From contig DUKS01000012.1 of NCBI GenBank assembly GCA_013329215.1, forward strand, positions 1 to 57,385: a stretch of 57,385 nucleotides of DNA, written 5' to 3'. The position numbers and the translations under genes were made by a program. The notes beneath the pieces were generated by a model. The model was not told the origin of the DNA. It searched no databases and saw only the letters and a list, made by a program, of their open reading frames with translations. The DNA is from Nanobdellota archaeon. GTDB lineage: Archaea; Nanobdellota; Nanobdellia; SCGC-AAA011-G17; GW2011-AR17. Shown here piece after piece: positions 9,090 through 18,130 of the stretch; position 1 is the first letter of the stretch, and each line of letters starts with the position of its first letter.

Positions 9090-9740
9090 CTATACTGAAT
9101 CCAGTGTACGTGCCCCATCATAACGCTCAGAGTCCCTGAAAAGCATATTCACCCTCGAGCCGCTGTCTTCAAAAGAAACATCAACCGGGTATATCATGAA
9201 TGACCAGAAGCAGGTGCCCCATCTCTGGAAATACCTTTCATCCGGCTGGAACAGGTATATGCGTCTTTTTCCTTCAAATTTCCCAAAGCCGGCCCTTGCT
9301 TTTTCAATCACATTCCTGAAATCAAAACCCGCGCCTGAATCCTTTACGCTTGCAACAATCCCTGTTTCTCCCTCAAATGCCATAAATTGGACAGGCAATT
9401 CAGGATTTTCCCTGTTGCCATGGTAAAACGCATTCTCCAAAGCCATTGCTATCGGGCTCATGTCAGGAGATGCCTCTGCCAGTACGGCATTCTCTCCCCT
9501 TCTTGCGCGGATGCGGTCCATTACTCTTAGGTCTCCATTATAATGCTTGCTTACAATAGCCCATAATCGCCGCCCTAAGCCAACTTCTTGAGGAGACGGC
9601 ACATGGTCATATTTTACAGGCGGAGCAAATTCCTTGGGGCATCTCGGGTCCATTGCAGGCACTATTACATCATATCTCAGAGTATTCGTTACATGAATCT
9701 CCCTAAGCATGTCCTCAAGCGTCTTGTCCACGAATGCCAT
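9090..9740 (-). CDS. Hypothetical protein with a possible GHKL (histidine-kinase-like ATPase) fold, RsbW/SpoIIAB-like C-terminal half
   Basis: N-box-like ALENAFYHGN. G1-like VKDSGAGFDF. Distal WGTCFWSFMIYPVDVSFEDSGSRVNMLF resembles the G2/C-terminal strands of anti-sigma serine kinases. Pattern-level only. Confidence 0.35.
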   Translation of the reverse strand: MAFVDKTLEDMLREIHVTNTLRYDVIVPAMDPRCPKEFAPPVKYDHVPSPQEVGLGRRLWAIVSKHYNGDLRVMDRIRARRGENAVLAEASPDMSPIAMALENAFYHGNRENPELPVQFMAFEGETGIVASVKDSGAGFDFRNVIEKARAGFGKFEGKRRIYLFQPDERYFQRWGTCFWSFMIYPVDVSFEDSGSRVNMLFRDSERYDGARTLDSV

Positions 9741-9882
9741 TTGTTCCCCTCAAATTATTACCTTTTATCCCCCATATTTAAAGTTTCTGATAGAAAAATC
9801 GTTTAAAAAGGCAGGCAGGCAGGCAGTTAATCGCCGAACAATGCCATAAATTATATAAACAAGCCAGAAGGATAGAATACAA

Positions 9883-11100
9883 ATGCAAAAGCGGTTATTA
9901 TTCGGTATAATGCTTGCTGTAATAATGCTTGCGGGCATTGCAATGGCAGAAGAGCAGTGCTCTGCATCTGAAGAGGCGTGCGCTGCAGCACCGCCTAGCG
10001 GATACTCTGAAACAGGGAGCAGCCTGTTTACGCCAGCTTCAGGCGATGCAATCTGCATAATATACTTCTACGGCGACGGGTGCCCGAACTGCGCAAAGCT
10101 TCACCCTTATATCGAGGAAGTAAAGGCAAAGTACGGGGGCAAGATAGCTGTCTACGAATATGAGATATACCACAATGTAAAGAATTACCAGATGTACAGC
10201 AGCTACTGCGGGATACAGGAAATACCGCTTGAAAAAAGGGGGGTCCCGTTCCTTGCGGTAGGCAATGCATATTACATGGGAGTCACGCAGATACAAACAA
10301 ATCTTGAGCCGAAGATAAAAGAGATGCTGGAATCAGGCGAAAGAATCTGCCCTCTTCCTGAAGCTGGCGTGTGCGGCGATGTAAAGCCGGGGACTGACTC
10401 AAACACGGCAATAAAGGATTTCAAGGAAAAGATTTCATGGGGCGTTGTCGTAACAGCAGGCCTGGTTGACGGAATAAACCCGTGCGCGTTTGCGGTGCTG
10501 ATATTCCTTTTGACATTCCTGCTTGAAGTTTCAAACAGCAGGAGAAGGATGCTGAAGATAGGGCTTGTGTACACAGGCGCTGTGTATGTTTCATACTTCC
10601 TTGCAGGGCTGGGCATATTGAGCGTAATACAGGTAAGCGGATTCGCAGGCTGGATTGTAAAAGCGGCTGCTGCTGTCGCAATATTTGCAGGGCTCGTGAA
10701 CATAAAGGATTATTTCTGGTACGGAAAAGGGTTTACGCTTGCGATACCTGAATCAAAGAGGGGATTGATTGAGAAATGGACAAAAAGGGCAAACATCCCG
10801 GCTGCGGTTGTGCTGGGATTCCTTGTCTCAATGTTTGAGCTGCCGTGCACAGGCGGCGTGTACCTTGCAATACTTGCAATGCTCGGCAATTCAGTGACAA
10901 CTGCGCAGGCAGTCATCTATCTGCTTGTCTACAATGTGCTGTTTGTCCTTCCGCTGCTGGCCATCACAGGGCTTGTGGTGCTTGGTATGAAGGCAGAGCA
11001 CCTTGAGAAGTGGAGAACCTCAAGGAGAAACCTGATGAAGCTGGGGCTTGGATTGCTGCTTCTGCTATTGGGAATAGCAATGCTGATGGGGTGGATATGA
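9883..11100 (+). CDS. Secreted thioredoxin-like domain fused to a CcdA/DsbD-type thiol-disulfide transporter membrane domain
   Basis: Signal peptide. CPNC in IYFYGDGCPNCAKL. DsbD-family motifs GINPCAFAVLIFLL and ELPCTGGVYLAIL within ~6 TM helices. Confidence 0.75.
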   Translation: MQKRLLFGIMLAVIMLAGIAMAEEQCSASEEACAAAPPSGYSETGSSLFTPASGDAICIIYFYGDGCPNCAKLHPYIEEVKAKYGGKIAVYEYEIYHNVKNYQMYSSYCGIQEIPLEKRGVPFLAVGNAYYMGVTQIQTNLEPKIKEMLESGERICPLPEAGVCGDVKPGTDSNTAIKDFKEKISWGVVVTAGLVDGINPCAFAVLIFLLTFLLEVSNSRRRMLKIGLVYTGAVYVSYFLAGLGILSVIQVSGFAGWIVKAAAAVAIFAGLVNIKDYFWYGKGFTLAIPESKRGLIEKWTKRANIPAAVVLGFLVSMFELPCTGGVYLAILAMLGNSVTTAQAVIYLLVYNVLFVLPLLAITGLVVLGMKAEHLEKWRTSRRNLMKLGLGLLLLLLGIAMLMGWI

Positions 11101-11110
11101 AGGAGAAAAG

Positions 11111-11305
11111 ATGGCAAAATACGAAATTATTGTGCACGAAGGATGCATTGGGTGCGGCAACTGCGAGGCTGTTTGCCCGAAATCATTCAAGCTGAAGGAC
11201 TGCGTATCACACCCTGTTAAAAGGCTTGTTGAAAAACTGGCATGCGAGAAAGAGGCTGAAGAACAGTGCCCTGTGCAGGTTATTGAAGTGAAGGAAGCCA
11301 AATAA
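11111..11305 (+). CDS. Small 4Fe-4S ferredoxin
   Basis: CIGCGNCEAVCP plus distal CP (EEQCPVQ). 64 aa. Confidence 0.75.
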   Translation: MAKYEIIVHEGCIGCGNCEAVCPKSFKLKDCVSHPVKRLVEKLACEKEAEEQCPVQVIEVKEAK

Positions 11306-11314
11306 GGTGAATGA

Positions 11315-11731
11315 ATGAAATATATAACTGCAATCGTGCTCATGGCAGTGCTTGTCCTTGCATACGGTTGCGCGCAAAAAGCAATACCGGAAAGCCAATA
11401 TCCGGCTGCTGATGAAAAAGCTGAAAACATTCTCCAGGGCATCAGCAAAGAAGACTATGCGATGCTGAGCAGGGACCTGTCAGAAACATTAAAGCAAAGC
11501 ACGGATGCGGAATATTTCAGCAGGCTAAGCAAATTCATAAAAGAAAACAGCGGGGAATATGTTTCAAAATCGCTTGCCGCAAGCAAGGATGAAAACAGCA
11601 TGCACACGCGGGGCTATGACTGCCAGTTCAGCATGGAATCAGTGTACTTCACAATCACGTTCAATGCAGATTACAGCAAAGTGGAAGGCATATACTTTGA
11701 TTCTGAAAACATGAGGAAGGCGCTTGAATAA
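11315..11731 (+). CDS. Hypothetical lipoprotein
   Basis: Signal plus lipobox-like LAYGC at the N-terminus. No recognised domain. Confidence 0.45.
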   Translation: MKYITAIVLMAVLVLAYGCAQKAIPESQYPAADEKAENILQGISKEDYAMLSRDLSETLKQSTDAEYFSRLSKFIKENSGEYVSKSLAASKDENSMHTRGYDCQFSMESVYFTITFNADYSKVEGIYFDSENMRKALE

Positions 11732-11999
11732 AATGGAACGGCTCGGCACAAGATATTTCATCATAACTGGAATGAGCATTGCATTCATAATAACTGCAGT
11801 GACAGGGCTGATAAAATTCCCAGGGCTTGTTGAGCTGCTCGGGCTGAGGCGGGTAAGCTTTCCGCTCGGCTACATAAGCACAATACATGACTGGTCAAGC
11901 ATTGCGCTGATAGCATTTATAATAGCGCATGTAATACTGAACTTCAGGTGGTTTGTTTGCGCTACAAAGATGATTTTTGAAAAAGAGGAAAAAAGATGA
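11724..11999 (+). CDS. DUF4405-like small membrane protein (MsrQ/cytochrome-b-like helper)
   Basis: Two TM helices with conserved-looking His (STIHDW, IIAHVILNFRWF). Overlaps both neighbours. Confidence 0.45.
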   Translation: MNKMERLGTRYFIITGMSIAFIITAVTGLIKFPGLVELLGLRRVSFPLGYISTIHDWSSIALIAFIIAHVILNFRWFVCATKMIFEKEEKR

Positions 12000-12616
12000 A
12001 AGCAGCCGCGATTATCATAATAATAGCATTGGTATTGGGAGGATGTGCAATGAAACCGAAAAGCCTTGGAGCAGTTGAAGTAAGGGATTATCAGGGAGAG
12101 AAGCTTGACTCTGCTTTTTCTTTGAGGGAAAACTCAATAAAAGGGCCGCAGCACATAGACATAGAGAACTATACGCTGAAAGTGGGCGGCCTTGTTGAAG
12201 CGCCAAAAGAGTATTCATATGATGAGGTTTTGAAGCATAAGGCTTACACCAAAGTCATAAGGCTGTACTGCGTTGAAGGGTGGGACGCAAACCTTTTGTG
12301 GGAAGGCGTGCTGCTAAGCGGCCTTATTGATGAAGCAAAGGCAAAGAAAGAGGCAAACACAGTGATATTCCATGCATATGACGGATACACAAGCTCTTTG
12401 CCGCTTGACTACATAAAGAGCAGGAACATATTGCTTGCATACAAGGTAAACAACATAACGCTTCCAGACGAGCGCGGGTTTCCGTTTGAAGTCATTGCAG
12501 AGGACAAGCTGGGCTACAAATGGGTAAGGTGGGTCACTGAAATAGAGCTTTCAGACAACCCGGATTACAAAGGCACGTGGGAATCAAAAGGGTACAGCAA
12601 TAAAGCTGACGTATAA
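11996..12616 (+). CDS. Molybdopterin-dependent oxidoreductase-fold protein (sulfite oxidase/MsrP-like catalytic domain)
   Basis: LYCVEGWDANLLWEGVLL, HAYDGYTSSLPLDY, LAYKVNN..LPDERGFPFEVIAEDKLGYKWVRWV are typical of the Oxidored_molyb fold. Confidence 0.65.
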   Translation: MKAAAIIIIIALVLGGCAMKPKSLGAVEVRDYQGEKLDSAFSLRENSIKGPQHIDIENYTLKVGGLVEAPKEYSYDEVLKHKAYTKVIRLYCVEGWDANLLWEGVLLSGLIDEAKAKKEANTVIFHAYDGYTSSLPLDYIKSRNILLAYKVNNITLPDERGFPFEVIAEDKLGYKWVRWVTEIELSDNPDYKGTWESKGYSNKADV

Positions 12617-12629
12617 GAGAGGATGTAAC

Positions 12630-12893
12630 ATGAAAAGGCTTATTATGTTTTACGGCACAGAGTGCAGCCACTGCCACGCCATGGAGCCGCTTGTTGAAAA
12701 GCTTGAGAAGGAGAAAAAAATAAAAGTTAAACGGCTCGAGATATGGCACAACGATGCAAATGCTGCGCTGCTGAACAGGCTAAGCGCAGGCAAATGCATG
12801 CAAATACCTTTTTTCTTCAATGAAAAAACAGGCAAACACATATGCGGCCCCGCCGCTTATGAAGAGCTTAAGCAATGGGCAGCAGAAAAATGA
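12630..12893 (+). CDS. Thioredoxin/glutaredoxin-fold protein
   Basis: CSHC active-site motif in FYGTECSHCHAMEP. 87 aa. Confidence 0.7.
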   Translation: MKRLIMFYGTECSHCHAMEPLVEKLEKEKKIKVKRLEIWHNDANAALLNRLSAGKCMQIPFFFNEKTGKHICGPAAYEELKQWAAEK

Positions 12894-13756
12894 AACCCGA
12901 ATGGCTGACGATAAGGCCGCCTAAAAAGCCGCTCGATGAAATGAAAGGCATATTGAAAAGCAGGAAGCTGCATACTGTGTGCGAGGAAAGCCACTGCCCG
13001 AACATGCCTGTTTGCTGGGACAATAAGACAGCAACTTTCCTGATAATGGGAAACACATGCACTAGGCACTGCAGGTTCTGCGCTGTAAAATCCGGAAAGC
13101 CAAAGCCGCTTAACATGAATGAGCCTGAAGGCATTGCAAAAGCTGCAAAAGAAATGGGGCTGGAATACGCAGTTATCACTTCTGTTGACAGGGACGACCT
13201 TCCTGACAAAGGAGCCGCGCATTTTGCCGAATGCATAAGAATGCTGAAGAAAGGAGGCATTGCAGTTGAAGCGCTGATCCCGGACTATGGGGAAAATGAG
13301 CTCAGGAAAGTTGCCAGCGCATGCCCGGATATGATAGCGCATAACCTTGAGGTTGTTGAGCGGCTGCAGGGCAGTGTAAGGGACAAAAGGGCGGGCTATC
13401 AAGAATCTTTAAATACACTAAAGTGCATTAAAAGGCTGTGCAGCAGCCAGTGCACAAAATCATCGCTGATGCTCGGCATTGGCGAAACAAAAAAAGAGGT
13501 TATAGAAGCAATGGAAGAACTGGGAAAAGCAGGAGTTGGCCTTGTAACGCTTGGGCAGTACCTTGCGCCCGGAAAGAGCTTCCCGAAAGTTGAAAGGTAT
13601 GTGACGCCTGAAGAATTTGCCGAATACAAAAGAGAAGGGGAGCGCATGGGCCTTGCTGTTGAGTCAGGGCCTTTCGTGAGAAGCTCGTTCAATGCAAAAG
13701 GCATGTGGCTGCAAAGCAAAAATAGAGAAGATGCTAGAGGTAAAAAATGCCTTTGA
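12890..13756 (+). CDS. lipA: Lipoyl synthase
   Basis: CEESHCPNMPVC auxiliary cluster motif and radical-SAM CTRHCRFCAV. ATGA overlap with the upstream gene; an alternative ATG is at 12875. Confidence 0.9.
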   Translation: MKPEWLTIRPPKKPLDEMKGILKSRKLHTVCEESHCPNMPVCWDNKTATFLIMGNTCTRHCRFCAVKSGKPKPLNMNEPEGIAKAAKEMGLEYAVITSVDRDDLPDKGAAHFAECIRMLKKGGIAVEALIPDYGENELRKVASACPDMIAHNLEVVERLQGSVRDKRAGYQESLNTLKCIKRLCSSQCTKSSLMLGIGETKKEVIEAMEELGKAGVGLVTLGQYLAPGKSFPKVERYVTPEEFAEYKREGERMGLAVESGPFVRSSFNAKGMWLQSKNREDARGKKCL

Positions 13757-14808
13757 CAAAAATCGCCGAGTTTGATGTAAAAAAGCTTGAGATTCTGTCT
13801 CCAGAAGGAAAAGCAGATGAGAAGCTGATGCCGCGGCTTTCAAAAAAAGACATTGCTGAAATGTACAGGCTGATGGTTTTGTCAAGGGCTTTTGACGAAA
13901 AGGCAATAGCCCTTCAAAGGCAGGGCAGGCTTGGGACTTATGTGCCCCAGCTCGGGCAGGAAGCTTCTATAATAGGCCCTGCATACGCGCTTTCAAAGAA
14001 AGACTGGCTTGTCCCGTCATTCAGGGAAACAGGCGCCATGATTGCCCACGGATGCAGCGTTGAAATGATGATGAGGTACTGGGCCGGCGATGAAAGAGGC
14101 TCGCTAATGCCAAAAGGGGCAAGAGTGCTTCCTGTTGCAATACCTGTATCAACGCAGCTTCCGCATGCGGCCGGGATTGCATGGGGCATGAAAAAGCTGA
14201 AAGAAAGGTCGGCAGTAATGGCTTACTTTGGAGACGGCGGGACATCGCCCGGGGATTTTCACGAGGCAATGAACCTTGCAGGAGTTTTCAGGCTTCCTGT
14301 TGTTTTTGTCTGCCAGAACAACCATTATGCAATATCACTGCCTGTAGAGAGGCAGACTGCGTCAAAGACAATTGCGCAGAAGGCAATAGGATACGGCATT
14401 CAGGGCGTGCAGGTTGACGGAAATGACATATTCGCCGCATACTCGGCGGCAAAAAAAGCGCTTGAAGACGCAAAAAACGGCATTCCGACGCTGATAGAAT
14501 GCTTAACTTACAGGATGGGGGACCATACAACTTCTGATGATTCAAAACGGTACAGGGATGAAAAAGAAGTGAAGGAATGGGCAAAAAAAGACCCTGTTGC
14601 AAGGCTTGAAAAATACATGGCAGACCGAAAAATGCTTAATGCGGCATTAAAGGAAAAGATAATCAAAAAATGCAGGGCAATAATAGAGAAGGCGGTTGGG
14701 GATGTTGAATCAAGCCCGCCTGACGCTGAAGACATCTTCAGGTATACATACGCGGAAATGGATGAAAGCCTTAAAGAGCAGGCTGAAGGATTCAGGAGGC
14801 GGGTGTAA
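13747..14808 (+). CDS. 2-oxoacid (pyruvate/branched-chain) dehydrogenase E1 alpha subunit, TPP-dependent
   Basis: YFGDGGTSPGDFHEAMNLAGVFRLPVVFVCQNNHYAIS TPP-binding block. YRMGDHTTSDD. Confidence 0.85.
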   Translation: MPLTKIAEFDVKKLEILSPEGKADEKLMPRLSKKDIAEMYRLMVLSRAFDEKAIALQRQGRLGTYVPQLGQEASIIGPAYALSKKDWLVPSFRETGAMIAHGCSVEMMMRYWAGDERGSLMPKGARVLPVAIPVSTQLPHAAGIAWGMKKLKERSAVMAYFGDGGTSPGDFHEAMNLAGVFRLPVVFVCQNNHYAISLPVERQTASKTIAQKAIGYGIQGVQVDGNDIFAAYSAAKKALEDAKNGIPTLIECLTYRMGDHTTSDDSKRYRDEKEVKEWAKKDPVARLEKYMADRKMLNAALKEKIIKKCRAIIEKAVGDVESSPPDAEDIFRYTYAEMDESLKEQAEGFRRRV

Positions 14809-14809
14809 T

Positions 14810-15775
14810 ATGCCGAGGATGGCAATGGTGGAAGCGCTGAACCTTGCATTAAAGCAGGAAATGAAAAAAGACAAAAGAGTCCTGCTCCTGGGTGAAGACG
14901 TGGGAAAGGACGGCGGGGTTTTCAGGGCCAGTGACGGGCTGCTTAAGAAATTCGGCGCGGAAAGGGTGATAGACACGCCTGTCTCCGAGTCAGGAATAGT
15001 TGGCGCTTCAATAGGGCTTGCAATAGCCGGGTTTAAGCCTGTGGCAGAGATACAGTTCTCCGGATTTTTGCCCCCTGCATTTGACCAGCTTCTTACCCAT
15101 GCAGCAAGGATGCGAAACAGGTCAAGGGGAAGGTATGCAGTGCCAATGGTTGTAAGGTGCCCGTACGGCGGCGGAGTAAGGGCCCTGGAGCACCATTCTG
15201 AAAGCTTTGAAGCAGCATACGCGCACATCCCCGGGCTGAAAGTTGTAATCCCGTCAAGGCCGTATGATGCAAAAGGGCTGTTGGCAAGCGCAATAAGGGG
15301 CCCGGACCCGGTCCTGTTTATGGAGCCGAAAAAAGTTTACAGGTCTGTGAAGGAGGAAGTGCCTGAAAAAGAATACTTAATACCGCTCGGGAAAGCAAAC
15401 ATAGTAAGGCACGGAAGCGATGTTACTGTCATTGCATGGGGCGCGATGGTAAAAACAGCATTGGAAGCTGCAGAGCAGTCGCAATATGACATTGAGGTTA
15501 TTGACCTGCGGACAATAAAGCCGTTTGACAAAAAAGCAATACTTGAGTCAGCCGGAAAAACAGGAAGGGTTATTGTCCTGCATGAAGCAGTAAAAACAGG
15601 GGGCTGGGGCGCTGAGATAGCTGCAAGCATAGCGGAATCAGGCATAAGGCTGAAAGCGCCTGTAAAAAGAGTTGCAAGCCCTGATGTCATAGTTCCGCTG
15701 CTTAAGTCAGAAGATTTCTTTTTTCCAAATGCAAAAACAGTTTTAAGCGCAGCTGAGGAGATGATGAGAAAATGA
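14810..15775 (+). CDS. 2-oxoacid dehydrogenase E1 beta subunit
   Basis: LLGEDVGKDGGVFRAS, DTPVSESGIVGASIGLA, RCPYGGG. ATG 14810 lies 1 nt after the E1alpha stop; the longer track ORF (14696) overlaps E1alpha. Confidence 0.85.
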   Translation: MPRMAMVEALNLALKQEMKKDKRVLLLGEDVGKDGGVFRASDGLLKKFGAERVIDTPVSESGIVGASIGLAIAGFKPVAEIQFSGFLPPAFDQLLTHAARMRNRSRGRYAVPMVVRCPYGGGVRALEHHSESFEAAYAHIPGLKVVIPSRPYDAKGLLASAIRGPDPVLFMEPKKVYRSVKEEVPEKEYLIPLGKANIVRHGSDVTVIAWGAMVKTALEAAEQSQYDIEVIDLRTIKPFDKKAILESAGKTGRVIVLHEAVKTGGWGAEIAASIAESGIRLKAPVKRVASPDVIVPLLKSEDFFFPNAKTVLSAAEEMMRK

Positions 15776-16815
15776 TGTATGAGTTCAGGTTCCCGGATGT
15801 CGGGGAAGGGATAAAGGAAGGCGAGATTGTCGAATGGCTTGTAAAGGAAGGCGGCAAGGTAAGGCAGGACCAGCCTGTTGCAAGGGTTGAGACAGACAAG
15901 GCCGTTGTTGAGCTTCCGTCTCCTGTTGCGGGAAAAATAAAAAAGCTTTACTTTAAAAAAGGGGACGCAGTAAAAGTGGGGCAGGCAATCGCAGCCATAG
16001 AAACAGCGGGCGCAAAGCAGGCAAAAAAAGAGGCAGTTGGCGTTGTCGGCAGGATAGAGGAAGCAGAAGAGGGCGAAAGCATATTTGAAAGGGCTGAAAA
16101 AGCAACTGCAAGGGCAGTTGTAAAGCCCAAATATGACATTTACGGCCCTGTGAGCAGGGTGCCTTTCCGCGGAGTGAGAAAATCAACTGCAGTGCACATG
16201 TCAGAGGCTGTCTCAAGAGCGGCCCACGTAACCCAGACAGACGAAGCCGATATAACGAAGCTTGCCGAATTAAGGGAACAGGGCAATGCAAAATCAAGCG
16301 TGCGCATTACATTCCTGCCTTACATAATAAAGGCGTGCATAAAGGCATTAAAAGAGCACCCTTACCTGAATTCATCGCTTGACGAAAGCGGGCAGGAGAT
16401 AGTGCAGAAAAAATACTATAACATCGGGTTTGCGGTTTCAACAGGGGAAGGGCTGCTTGTGCCTGTCATAAAAGGGGCGGACAACAAAAGCCTTGCAGAT
16501 ATTGCAAAAGAAGTTGCAGAGCTCGCTGAAAAAGCAAGAAGCAGGAAAATAGACCTTGCAGACATGAAAGGAAGCACGTTCACAGTAACAAACATCGGCT
16601 CTGTGGGGGGCATTTTTGCAACCCCCATTGTAAATTACCCCGAGTCTGCAATACTTGCGCTCGGCAGAATCAGCAGGAAGCCTGTTGTATTCAACGGAAG
16701 GATAGAAGCAAGGAGCATTCTGCCTCTCTCGCTCTCGTTTGACCACAGGGTGCTTGACGGTGCAGAGGCTGCAGGCTTCCTTAATGATGTCATAAAATAC
16801 CTGGAGAACCCTTAG
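15772..16815 (+). CDS. Dihydrolipoamide acyltransferase (E2): lipoyl domain plus catalytic domain, no recognisable peripheral-subunit-binding domain
   Basis: Lipoyl-lysine motif VETDKAVVELPSP. Catalytic SFDHRVLDGAEAAGFL. The ~45-aa linker lacks a PSBD-like sequence. Confidence 0.85.
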   Translation: MMYEFRFPDVGEGIKEGEIVEWLVKEGGKVRQDQPVARVETDKAVVELPSPVAGKIKKLYFKKGDAVKVGQAIAAIETAGAKQAKKEAVGVVGRIEEAEEGESIFERAEKATARAVVKPKYDIYGPVSRVPFRGVRKSTAVHMSEAVSRAAHVTQTDEADITKLAELREQGNAKSSVRITFLPYIIKACIKALKEHPYLNSSLDESGQEIVQKKYYNIGFAVSTGEGLLVPVIKGADNKSLADIAKEVAELAEKARSRKIDLADMKGSTFTVTNIGSVGGIFATPIVNYPESAILALGRISRKPVVFNGRIEARSILPLSLSFDHRVLDGAEAAGFLNDVIKYLENP

Positions 16816-16816
16816 T

Positions 16817-17533
16817 ATGTGGCGTATAATTGAAAGCGGCAGCGAAAGCCCTGAAATGAACATGGCTGTTGACGAATCCATACTGCATTCGGTCTCAAAA
16901 GGCGCCAGGCCGACAATCAGGCTCTACGCATGGGACCAGCCTGCCGTTTCCATAGGCATTGCGCAGGATGCCTCAATAGTGAAGGGAAAAATCAGTATTG
17001 TAAGAAGGCCGACAGGAGGCAATGCTGTTTTCCACCATAAGAAGGATTTCACATATTCTGTTGCAGCGCCAAAAAAGCTTTTCTGCAATGATTTTTCAAC
17101 TGCGTATGAAAGCATAAGCAGGTGCGTCCTTGATGCAATCAACTGCGTCTCGCAAAAAAAGGCGGCTATTGCCGAAAAGAGGGATATAGTCATATGCAAA
17201 AAGAAAGTGTGCGGCAATGCAATGGACTTTTCAGGGAAGAATGCCTTCCTGCTTCACGGCGCAGTATTTTACAATGATTCATCAGAGGAGATTGCAAGGC
17301 TGTTCAATGAAAAGCCAAAAGCGGCATTTCTTTCAGGATATGCAAAAAGCAGCGCGGAATTTTATAGTGCACTGAAGAAATCATTTGAAAAGTTCGCAGG
17401 GGACTACTGCTATGAAAAGCTGAGCACAGAAGAAAAAAAGCAGGCAAAAAAGCTTGCAAAAGAAAAATATTCAGACCCAAACTGGCATGCTCCCGCCAAA
17501 AAAGGGACAATATGCGCAGGTGACCTGAAATAA
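16817..17533 (+). CDS. lplA: Lipoate-protein ligase A-family protein
   Basis: RLYAWDQPAVSIGIAQD, VRRPTGGNAVFHHK, KVCGNA (BPL/LplA catalytic-domain blocks). Confidence 0.75.
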   Translation: MWRIIESGSESPEMNMAVDESILHSVSKGARPTIRLYAWDQPAVSIGIAQDASIVKGKISIVRRPTGGNAVFHHKKDFTYSVAAPKKLFCNDFSTAYESISRCVLDAINCVSQKKAAIAEKRDIVICKKKVCGNAMDFSGKNAFLLHGAVFYNDSSEEIARLFNEKPKAAFLSGYAKSSAEFYSALKKSFEKFAGDYCYEKLSTEEKKQAKKLAKEKYSDPNWHAPAKKGTICAGDLK

Positions 17534-17548
17534 GAAAGGAGGACTAAA

Positions 17549-18130
17549 ATGTATGAGACAAAACCGTTGAAATTTGACCCAAAGTCGCTTAAGGGCATAT
17601 CTGAAAAACAGATTACCCTGCACCATGACAAGCATTATGCAGCATATGTTGCGGCAAGGAACAAAATTGAGGAAAAGCTTGCAAACGGAGAGCTGGACTG
17701 CATAAGGGAGCTTAAGAAAAATGAAAGCCACAACGCGTCGGGCCAGGTTCTGCATGAGATATATTTTGCCAACCTCGGGGGAAATGGCGGGGTGCCGGAA
17801 AAGCCGCTTATGGACATGATAAGCCGGTGCTTCGGGAGCTTTGAAAACTGGAAAAAGGAATTCACGGCATGCACAACTGCCGCAAGAGGATGGGTTTTGC
17901 TTTGCTATGACTGGACAGACGGAAAGCTGCACAACTATGCTGTTGACTTCCATGATGAGGGCGCTGTCTGGAACGCCGCGCCTGTAATGGCCCTTGACCT
18001 GTGGGAGCACGCATATTACCTTGATTACGGCCCTGACAAGGCAAAGTATATAGAGGCGTTTTTTGCAAACCTCGACTGGAAAGATGTAGGGGAAAGGCTT
18101 AAAAAATATGCAAGGGAGGCAAAAAAATGA
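17549..18130 (+). CDS. sod: Fe/Mn superoxide dismutase
   Basis: LHHDKHYAAYV and DLWEHAYYLDY metal-ligand motifs. Confidence 0.9.
   Translation: MYETKPLKFDPKSLKGISEKQITLHHDKHYAAYVAARNKIEEKLANGELDCIRELKKNESHNASGQVLHEIYFANLGGNGGVPEKPLMDMISRCFGSFENWKKEFTACTTAARGWVLLCYDWTDGKLHNYAVDFHDEGAVWNAAPVMALDLWEHAYYLDYGPDKAKYIEAFFANLDWKDVGERLKKYAREAKK

Noticed and set aside
12857-13402. 181-aa and 130-aa minus-strand ORFs
   Set aside because: They are antisense to lipA, which is unambiguous.
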